Shown in pieces: positions 30,229 to 37,880 of a stretch of 37,909 bases of DNA. Below the pieces are notes generated by a model that worked only from the letters and a program-made list of their open reading frames with translations, had not been told where the DNA came from and made no database searches. Source of the DNA: Elusimicrobiales bacterium. Its GTDB lineage: Bacteria > Elusimicrobiota > Elusimicrobia > Elusimicrobiales > UBA9959. Both the position numbers and the translations under genes were made by a program. The stretch spans positions 1 to 37,909 of the forward strand of contig JBMFKQ010000013.1 of NCBI GenBank assembly GCA_049972095.1, given 5' to 3'. Numbering within the stretch: the stretch's first letter is position 1; the number at the start of each line of letters is the position of its first letter.

Positions 30229-31497
30229 CTATTTAATCCACTTTATAAACTCATCCCACTTTGAGTCAGCTGCCCATTTAAGCTCGTCATAGCTTGTTGA
30301 ATAGTATGTCGGTATCCACACAGCAAGACCATATGCATTAGTATAGCTTGAGCCATAAGCCCTGTTGTGTATGATGAGTTCACTCTTCATAAAATTAAGA
30401 AGCTCATTACCTTTTACCTTAACCTCATTAACCTGAGTTGTATCTACCATCAGCTTTACAAAGTGGTAGAGATCCTTATTACTTGAGTAGTAGAATTTTT
30501 GAGCATTTGTCCTTGCATTCTTAGCATTTGCAAGATCATTTGCTGATATAACTGACCCAACAAAATCATCAATAAGCTGTCTTAGCTTGGAAAGCTTTGC
30601 TACATCTATCGCTGACTGGGTTGCACCCTGACCTACGCTCTGGTAATGATCAGTATATGAGTCAACCATATACCTTGCAAGGGTTTTCTCATCTGCTTTT
30701 GGATTTTTAACAAGTGGTTCAAGCCAAGTATTGTATGTGTATCCATCTGCAGGCTCTGTCTCCTCTGAGGCTACAACAACCTTCGCATAATCCTTAACCT
30801 CATATGCAATCTCAATCATCTGCATCAAACATGCATCCATAGCAAGTATATCAACCCCACCAATCCTCTCAAGCGCCATCCTTAACTGCGGAGTTGTTAT
30901 ATGATTCTTCGTCTCATCATCATACGATATGCCCTTCTCTATTAAAAGCTCGCTTATATCACCACCCTTATTCCATCCAGAACCATGATTCCAAACTATT
31001 AAAACATACCTCTTCGCAGGATAGTTCTTCTTCACCCAGTTTGCAAAATCACTAAGATACTCCCAACTCCCCATATCGCATTTTGGCGTCTCAGCTATAA
31101 CAGGTGAGGTTATCTTATTTGGGTCGTTGTCTTTCTTTATGTAATACCTCTTGCATCCAGTCCAGTCTCCATCCGCAGAAGAATAACCCTTTATCCTTCC
31201 AAACTCAACAACTACATTTATCTTATCGCTTGAGCCAACCATCTCCATCTCATTAACATCACTAAGCCCATAGCTTTCAAGGTTGTTCTTGGCATTTACA
31301 AAAACCATTATAGTCCATTCTTTGCTCACATTGGCTGATATATCAGAATCATTCTTTACACTTACTGATGGCAACTCAATATTACCCTCGGCTATCACAG
31401 CTTTTATATCAACACCTGCCCCCCTATCAAAATCAAAGGACCAGGCACTATCCGTAATGAATAACATCAATGCTATAATACCTATCAAACGCATCAT
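30229..31497 (-). CDS. Secreted clostripain-family (C11) cysteine peptidase
   Basis: Signal peptide, WTIMVF.NAKNNLE, D.NEME.VGS, WNHGSGW (catalytic His), MDACLM (catalytic Cys), ASEETEP. Confidence 0.92.
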   Translation of the reverse strand: MMRLIGIIALMLFITDSAWSFDFDRGAGVDIKAVIAEGNIELPSVSVKNDSDISANVSKEWTIMVFVNAKNNLESYGLSDVNEMEMVGSSDKINVVVEFGRIKGYSSADGDWTGCKRYYIKKDNDPNKITSPVIAETPKCDMGSWEYLSDFANWVKKNYPAKRYVLIVWNHGSGWNKGGDISELLIEKGISYDDETKNHITTPQLRMALERIGGVDILAMDACLMQMIEIAYEVKDYAKVVVASEETEPADGYTYNTWLEPLVKNPKADEKTLARYMVDSYTDHYQSVGQGATQSAIDVAKLSKLRQLIDDFVGSVISANDLANAKNARTNAQKFYYSSNKDLYHFVKLMVDTTQVNEVKVKGNELLNFMKSELIIHNRAYGSSYTNAYGLAVWIPTYYSTSYDELKWAADSKWDEFIKWIK

Positions 31498-31525
31498 TAC
31501 CCTGCTTTAATCAAGAATCCTTTAT

Positions 31526-31568
31526 ATTTTAAAAGAAAAGAAGACAAAAAGACAAGAACCTTTTTCCT
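31526..31568 (-). promoter_or_regulatory. Putative promoter with 14-bp motif abutting the -35
   Basis: Minus strand AGGAAAAAGGTTCT-23 nt-TAAAAT; same spacing as at 7580 and 22801. Confidence 0.5.
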
Positions 31569-31619
31569 ATTGACATCAAGGAAAAAGAACACTTGTCTTG
31601 TCAATACTATACAGGTTTT

Positions 31620-32095
31620 CCATAGTAGTTGCTAATATTTATCTTGAGTTGATAAATTTATTCTTGAACTTTTTAAATTCAAAAAATGCCTTTTTTCTGT
31701 TTTTAGCATTATAAATTATATTTAGTCCCTGCCGACTTCTTGCCTTAATCCATGGGGAAAGTAGTTTATTACATTCCTCATTTTATGAACCCAACATTTT
31801 TGTATCCTTTGTATATGGCCGGACTAATTCTACTGCATTTTAAACCCATTATTCTCATCTATCACCACTAATTTAGAATTCTTTCCAGCCTCCTATGGTA
31901 AAGTTCATTGCTAATTTAAAATCTAAAATTATTATCATAGTGCTCGTATATCTCATCTTTTGTTATGTATAATGTTTCTTATGTTTTGCCCATCCTTTCT
32001 TTTAATTTTTGGCTTTCTAAGGGGAAGAAGGCTTTTATTTTTATCCCTTTCCTTTTTATTAGTTTATCAGTTTACACACTTTATTTTACATAACC
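31620..32095 (-). mobile_element. Degenerate, internally deleted IS256-family element
   Basis: Frameshifted minus-strand fragments IILDFKLA / NELYHRRL / LVVIDENNGFK / QKCWVHKMRNVINYFP / IIYNAKNRKKA match IS256 transposase motifs (QRCxxHKxRN). IS256-like end GGTTATGTAAAATAAAGTGTGTAAA at 32095-32071. The low-coordinate boundary is approximate. Confidence 0.75.
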
Positions 32096-32174
32096 GAATC
32101 TAAAAATATTAAAATATAAATATGAAAAGCACTTTCAAGCTAACTATAATAGATTCAAAATTAAGGCAAAAACT

Positions 32175-32369
32175 ATGAAACAAAAAACATTGTTTGAAAA
32201 TTGGGGAAAGAAGCTTACCGATTTAAAAGAAGCCAGTATATGGGCTTCTAATTATTTGAATCGCAAAGTTACCCTCTCAAACATATCATATCTAATTCAG
32301 TATGAGAGAATAAAAAAATACGGTAGTGATGGCAATCCACTTATAGATATAGAGGAACTAAAAAATTAA
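32175..32369 (+). pseudogene. N-terminal fragment of a type II R-M DNA methyltransferase
   Basis: 'KEASIWASNYLNRKVT.SNISYLIQY.RIKKYG' resembles, from memory, the N-terminal extension of AvaI/BsoBI-associated methyltransferases; the ORF stops before any catalytic motif. Confidence 0.6.
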
Positions 32370-32640
32370 AGGAATGGACAAAATGAGAACAGCCAAACCG
32401 AATATTAGTAATTTCAAGGATTTTAAAAGGACACTTTTAGAATGGATATCAATCTATTTTAAATTTTGATAATTGTTTTAAAATAATTCATTTAAGAGGG
32501 AAAAGTTAAAAAAGTATATTTGAGTTGTTAGAGATACCAACTGAAATTCAATATTTATAATTCTACATCCAACATTCAAAATTTAAAATTGTCTTAGGCT
32601 TTCCATTCAATCTATATCTGATTTGAGTGTTTTAATTCTA

Positions 32641-33114
32641 TCAGTTCTTTTCAATATAATCTATCCAGAAAGAATATCCATTTGAGATCTCATAAATTGC
32701 CGATGATATGACATAAAGTCCTGCTGAGTTGAAGTTTGAAATTTTTTCGCTCATAGTTTTTTGAGCATCCTTTTCAAAATCAAATACTTCTTGATTTATG
32801 TATCTTTTTATTTGATATTCTTTTTTAACAAAAACTCCGTTTTTATATATGTTTTTAACAGCATAATCTATCGAAAATGTCCAATCATTATCCATCGCAA
32901 CAGCATAGTTGTGAAGAGGTGTAATAGATGCTTGCTGAAAAACTGAGTTTCTCTTTATACCCTCACTCAAAGCATCGTCTTCAAAAGGAAATCTCTCTGA
33001 AGAAGTATAGTTTTCTATTGAATATTCCGGATTTGGAGGGTTTGAGGAGTGGGAATCAACAACCTTTTTGAGATATATAACCTCAAATGGAGAAGTTCTC
33101 CTGTGGATTAACAA
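32641..33114 (-). CDS. Hypothetical tandem-repeat protein, probably 5'-truncated
   Basis: Two ~53-aa repeats (Y...E.F.FE.DA...F..A...N...F.IDY..KN); TTG start without an RBS. Confidence 0.55.
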   Translation of the reverse strand: MLIHRRTSPFEVIYLKKVVDSHSSNPPNPEYSIENYTSSERFPFEDDALSEGIKRNSVFQQASITPLHNYAVAMDNDWTFSIDYAVKNIYKNGVFVKKEYQIKRYINQEVFDFEKDAQKTMSEKISNFNSAGLYVISSAIYEISNGYSFWIDYIEKN

Positions 33115-33218
33115 TAAATAAAATTGAATGACAACTAAATGTAATACAAACTTTTACAAAGATTTGCAAAAGTTAATTGGAATAAGAGAGTGAATTGTTA
33201 GTTTTGGAACTACATAAA

Positions 33219-33236
33219 AGTTTTCACGTGAAAACT
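33219..33236. promoter_or_regulatory. parS: parS-like centromere site (variant), copy 1
   Basis: Perfect 18-bp palindrome AGTTTTCACGTGAAAACT with the canonical TTTCACGTGAAA core, about 640 bp upstream of parA. Confidence 0.8.
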
Positions 33237-33630
33237 AAAAAAGCAAGAGGTTAGTGTTTTTAGGTTGAAAATATTGCATATCTTATTCATCCTTTCTTTC
33301 ACTTCTTTTTATACCTTTTCATTCTATTATCCTTAATGATATGGTGTTTTTGATTCTAAAAAATTTCTTCTTATCACTCTTACTTTTTCATCTATTATCT
33401 TAGCTTTTACCTTGAATGATGGGATGAAGTAGTTATCTATGAGGTCAGAAAGTTCAATATAAGGTGAGATATAAAACGTGAGAAGTAAGATGTGAAATAT
33501 GGAATGTTAAACATTTTATACATCTACCTTTTTATTGATTCCATTTCAAACACTTCTATCACAAAAGAGATTCTTTCTTATCCAACGAGCATTATTTCTA
33601 AGACATTTTTATTTATCTAAGTGCGGAATA

Positions 33631-33660
33631 TTGACTTTAGTTTGATTTTATTTGTAAAAT
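33631..33660 (+). promoter_or_regulatory. Sigma70-type promoter
   Basis: TTGACT-18 nt-TAAAAT, 6 nt before ATG 33667. Confidence 0.55.
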
Positions 33661-33666
33661 TTTAAT

Positions 33667-33795
33667 ATGAAAAAAAGAAAAATGAATAGAAATAGGAAAT
33701 TATCTAAAAAAACTAAAGAAGAGGTTAACTATTCTCTGGAGAATATTCTTGAAATTTACGGTAGAAAGGCACCAAAAATTAAACCTCCTTTTTAA
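33667..33795 (+). CDS. Small basic protein (42 aa), putative leaderless
   Basis: MKKRKMNRNRKLSKKTKEEVNYSLENILEIYGRKAPKIKPPF; the ATG sits at the predicted TSS; shorter than any ORF in the track. Confidence 0.45.
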   Translation: MKKRKMNRNRKLSKKTKEEVNYSLENILEIYGRKAPKIKPPF

Positions 33796-33803
33796 TTTCA
33801 AGG

Positions 33804-33821
33804 AGTTTTCACGTGAAAACT
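33804..33821. promoter_or_regulatory. parS: parS-like centromere site (variant), copy 2
   Basis: Identical 18-bp palindrome AGTTTTCACGTGAAAACT just upstream of a TG-C-TAAAAT extended -10 (33847-33855) for parA. Confidence 0.8.
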
Positions 33822-33874
33822 AATTTACCTATGTGATTTGTTTTTTTGCTAAAATTTATTAATCGGGAATTCTT

Positions 33875-34696
33875 ATGGGAGAGATTATTTCTGTAGCAAA
33901 CCAAAAAGGCGGAGTTGGCAAAACCACAACTGCTATAAATCTTGCTGTTGCCCTTGCAAGCTTTGATTTCGAAACCCTTATCATAGACTTTGATCCGCAG
34001 GGTAATACTTCTTCTGGGCTTGGAGTAGATACTAAAGAAAAAAAGACTGTTTATGATATGATATCTGGAGACTGTAAGGAGGAAGAGGCTATCTCTCAAA
34101 CTGATATAGAAAATCTTGACATAATTCCAACAAACCATAACCTTGCTGGTGCAGAGATAGAGCTTGTCAGTGAGTTTTCAAGGGAGACGGTTTTAAAAAA
34201 ATCTATTGAAAAAATAAAGGATATGTATAAGTTTATAATCATAGATTGTCCTCCCTCACTTGGGCTGCTTACCATAAATGCTCTTACAGCAAGTGATAGT
34301 GTTATAATCCCTATTCAGTGTGAATATTATGCAATGGAAGGGGTCACATACTTCACAAATACTGTTGAAAAAATAAGGCAGGTGTTAAATCCAAAACTAA
34401 GAATAGAGGGGGCTGTAATAACAATGTTTGATTCAAGAATTAATTTAGCAAATCAGGTTCTTGATGAGATAAAGAAATTTTATGGAGAAAAGCTTTACAA
34501 AACACTAATACCAAGAAACATAAGATTGGCTGAGGCTCCAAGTTTTGGTCAGCCTATATTTATATATGACCCAAGCTCAAGAGGTGCAAGGGCTTACAAA
34601 ACCTTTGCTGCTGAGTTTTTATCAAGAAGAGGACTTAGATTTGAGGATTATGAGAAATCTGAGATATCAGTAGAAGATGATATTTTAGAATATTAA
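33875..34696 (+). CDS. parA: Chromosome partitioning ATPase ParA/Soj
   Basis: NQKGGVGKTTT deviant Walker A, DFDPQGN, DCPPSLG, QCEYYA, IPRNIRLAEAPSFG. Confidence 0.97.
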   Translation: MGEIISVANQKGGVGKTTTAINLAVALASFDFETLIIDFDPQGNTSSGLGVDTKEKKTVYDMISGDCKEEEAISQTDIENLDIIPTNHNLAGAEIELVSEFSRETVLKKSIEKIKDMYKFIIIDCPPSLGLLTINALTASDSVIIPIQCEYYAMEGVTYFTNTVEKIRQVLNPKLRIEGAVITMFDSRINLANQVLDEIKKFYGEKLYKTLIPRNIRLAEAPSFGQPIFIYDPSSRGARAYKTFAAEFLSRRGLRFEDYEKSEISVEDDILEY

Positions 34697-34709
34697 ATAG
34701 GAGGGGAAA

Positions 34710-35561
34710 ATGACAAAAAGAGTTCTTGGAAGGGGAATAGATGCCCTTATATCAAAGGCAGATAATCTTTATAATAGAGATTCGATTCAGAAAATACCTA
34801 TCGAAAACATAGTCTCAAATAGATTTCAGCCACGGCAGGTTTTTGATGAAAAATCTATAGAGGAGCTTGCAGCATCAATAAAAGAAAACGGACTTGCCCA
34901 ACCTATAATAGTAACAAGAATTGACAGTGGAAAATATGAGATAATAGCAGGAGAAAGAAGATATAGAGCATGCAAGATGCTGGGGTGGAAGGAAATAGAT
35001 GTGATAGTAAAAAATGATATATCTGATGAGAAAAAGCTTAGAATTGCGCTTATAGAAAACATTCAAAGAGAGGACCTAAACCCTATAGAAAAGGCTCTGG
35101 GATATAAAAAGCTTATGGAGATGGGTATGTCTCAAAATGAGATAGCTGTATATTGTGGAAAGTCAAAATCATCAATATCCAATACTTTAAGAATACTTGA
35201 GCTTGATGATGAGATAATTACTGCTGTTAAAGATGGTGTTATATCCGAAGGGCATGCCAGGGCATTACTTCAGGTGCCTGACATTTCAGAGAGAAAAAAT
35301 TTATTCAGAAGGATAGTATCAGAAAAACTTAGCGTGAGAGATGTTGAGGATGCTGTAAAAAAATTTTATTCTTTTGAAAGAAGAACAAGAAAACCTTTAC
35401 ATCATAAACCCCCTGAGATTTATGATATGGAAAGGCTTTTTGAATCAAAGCTTGGAACAAAGGTTCAAATAAAACCATCAACTGAGATATCAGGGAAAGT
35501 GATAATCGAATATATGAATCTTGATGATTTTGAAAGAATAAAAAACAAGATAATTTCATAA
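34710..35561 (+). CDS. parB: Chromosome partitioning protein ParB/Spo0J
   Basis: LGRGIDAL ParA-binding motif, QPR..F, AGERRYRA CTP box, ENIQREDLNPIE, HTH and EGHARALL. Confidence 0.97.
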   Translation: MTKRVLGRGIDALISKADNLYNRDSIQKIPIENIVSNRFQPRQVFDEKSIEELAASIKENGLAQPIIVTRIDSGKYEIIAGERRYRACKMLGWKEIDVIVKNDISDEKKLRIALIENIQREDLNPIEKALGYKKLMEMGMSQNEIAVYCGKSKSSISNTLRILELDDEIITAVKDGVISEGHARALLQVPDISERKNLFRRIVSEKLSVRDVEDAVKKFYSFERRTRKPLHHKPPEIYDMERLFESKLGTKVQIKPSTEISGKVIIEYMNLDDFERIKNKIIS

Positions 35562-35576
35562 AAGTTTAAGGGAGAG

Positions 35577-36566
35577 ATGATGAAAAAAGTTTTATTTTTT
35601 AATTATTTTTTTACTTTGACCCTTGTCTTACCTTTAATATCTCAGGAGAAAAAAACATACAGTTTCCCACCACCAACATATGTATCTTTAATAAATGACC
35701 TTAATATGTATTATATGTATGCAAACGGTGGTTTCCATGCAGACTGGTATGTTGGTTATAATAATGCATGGATTGTAAAGCTTCCACCTATTGATACCTC
35801 TGGATATGTCAAAGCATTTATAGGAGCAAAACTTGGAAGAGCAAAAAATGTTTCGTATCCATCGGCAACTGATCTTGAACCATTTAAAAGCAAGATATTC
35901 ACATCAATATCAAATTCACCCAAATTTCCCCAAAAAGTATATGTTCTGTGTGAAAGCTCAGACATCCCTCTTGAACCACTTGAAGAGGAAAGTATCAGGT
36001 GGGTTGATAGCTCAAAGTGGTTTTGGACTGAAGTGCCTCTTAAAGTTATATCGTCTCAAAAAGATAACTATGTGGCTGTGTGGGCAGAATCACCAAATCT
36101 TAATAGCTCTCAAACATCCCCAATTATAGCTGCCGGTTATCTTGATGATGGTAAGGAGAATGTCTGGGTAAACACATCTATAAAAGGCTCTCTCTCAATG
36201 CTTGAAAATTCACTTGAGACACCAATATCAGGGATGAAACCTGCAATAGTAATAAAGCTTATAAAGGAAAATGATTATCGTGTTGTCATAAAAAACTTTT
36301 CATACGATAAAAATTCAGATCTTCACTCGTTTTCCTGGAATGTAATAGCTGCAGATGCTGAAAAGTCGTGGCTTGAGATATCATTTGATAAAATAAAATG
36401 GGATAAATTTTCAAGATATATCTTCTACCCACCATACAGTATCAGTTTTAAAAACACAGAAATCCCTCAGGATGTCTTTTATATCAGGGCATGTGCGACT
36501 GATATATTTGAAAACACAGAATGCAGTAGTTATGTATCTGTTAATAATACGAACAGGAGACAATAA
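35577..36566 (+). CDS. Hypothetical secreted protein
   Basis: Signal peptide, aromatic/Trp-rich beta-type sequence, RBS GGGAG; sits tightly between parB and asd. Confidence 0.75.
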   Translation: MMKKVLFFNYFFTLTLVLPLISQEKKTYSFPPPTYVSLINDLNMYYMYANGGFHADWYVGYNNAWIVKLPPIDTSGYVKAFIGAKLGRAKNVSYPSATDLEPFKSKIFTSISNSPKFPQKVYVLCESSDIPLEPLEEESIRWVDSSKWFWTEVPLKVISSQKDNYVAVWAESPNLNSSQTSPIIAAGYLDDGKENVWVNTSIKGSLSMLENSLETPISGMKPAIVIKLIKENDYRVVIKNFSYDKNSDLHSFSWNVIAADAEKSWLEISFDKIKWDKFSRYIFYPPYSISFKNTEIPQDVFYIRACATDIFENTECSSYVSVNNTNRRQ

Positions 36567-37575
36567 ATGAAACCAGTCGTTTCAGTGGTTGGAGCGGGAG
36601 GGCTTGTAGGAGGGGAGATCTTAAAACTTATTGAAAAGAGAAGGTTTCCATTTTCAGATATAAGATTCTATGGTTCGCTTATTAAAACTAAATATATTCT
36701 TTTTGGAGGGGAAAAAATAAGACTTAAAAAGCCATATTTTGAGGACCTTAAAAGATCAGATATTGTTTTTTTTGTAAGCAGTGATGATGTATCAAGAAGG
36801 TTTGCAAAAAGACTTTCAAAAAATGGTGTTTGGGTCATCGATGATTCATCTGCTTTTAGAATGGATAAAGATGTTCCTCTTGTCATACCTGAGATAAATA
36901 GGTGAGCTGATAACTGAAAAAACAAAGCTTATAGCTGGGCCGAACTGCACACTCACCCCTCTTGCTGTTTCGTGCTATCAAATACATAAGAAATATAGGA
37001 TAGAGGAAATAAGAATGGCAACATACCAGGCAGTATCCGGTGCTGGAAGGGATGCCTTGGATGAGTTTTTTTATGAAAGTAAGAGTTTTTTGAAAGGTAG
37101 AAAAGTGAAAATAAAAGAAAAAGTTTTTCCAAGGCAGATTGCCTTTAATCTTTTTCCGCAGGTTGGTGATTTTGATGAGGATGGAAGGAGTGTTGAGGAG
37201 AAAAAAATTGAGGAGGAGTTGAAAAAGATTTGGGAGGATAATGATATAAAGATAAGTGTTTATACTGTTAGAGTTCCTGTAATAAGGGGACACTCCCTTG
37301 CTGTCTGGATAAAGACTAAAGAGGGATGGTCTGTTAATGATATTAAAAACACACTTTTACATACACCGGGCTGCAGATTTTTTAATAATCACTATGATTA
37401 TCAGACACCATTAGATGTATCAGAAAAAGAATATGTAGCAGCATCAAGGCTCAAAAAAACTCCATTTGAAAATGAGTTCTCTTTGTGGCTATGCGGTGAC
37501 AATCTATATAAAGGAGCAGCTTTAAATTCAATTCAGATAGCAGAATTAATAGTTAAGAAATACTTCACAAATTAA
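36567..37575 (+). pseudogene. asd: Aspartate-semialdehyde dehydrogenase with a single +1 frameshift near 36900 (real or assembly error)
   Basis: VGAGGLVG, DDSSAFRM..DVPLVIPEIN; the next frame continues GELITEKTKLIAGPNCT, TYQAVSGAG, RVPVIRGH, DNLYKGAALN. Removing one base restores a full ORF. Confidence 0.9.
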
Positions 37576-37880
37576 CAATAGATTTATAGCAAAAATCTGT
37601 GCCTCTCAAATCAATTTTCTGAATTTTATCAGCTGGCTTCTCTTAGGGAAAAGGCATTTTTTAAAAAACCCTTGATGTTAGCTTAAATGGTCTCCGTTTA
37701 GGAATCTACTTATGAGTTAACGATTATCCAAAAGACCTATATAATCAGGGACATTAAGCCCATAAATTTAATAGTAAATCTTTCAACAAGAGATTAGGAC
37801 TTCTTTATCTTGTAAAATCTGCTATTTTCTGGAACTCTATTATTGATATGAAGTTAAACTTAATTTAGGAGGAGGGAAAG

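Noticed and set aside
32122..32178. 18-codon ORF overlapping the methyltransferase fragment start (ATGA)
   Set aside because: Too short and has no support beyond an AT-rich -10-like word.
22751..33560. 14-mer CAAACACTTCTATC present at both 22751 and 33547
   Set aside because: A single 14-bp match is expected by chance in a window of this size and composition, and there is no shared context.
31500..33870. CRISPR array, tRNA, riboswitch or other structured ncRNA in the long intergenic stretches
   Set aside because: No regularly spaced direct repeats, cloverleaf or recognisable riboswitch consensus were seen by eye; an Infernal/Rfam scan would be needed to exclude these fully.
3231..37293. Numerous short antisense or alternate-frame ORFs in the track (e.g. 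3231..3464, 7922..8305, 23577..23993, 33809..34138, 36883..37293)
   Set aside because: They lie wholly or mostly within well-supported genes, have no recognisable motifs and show shadow-ORF composition.
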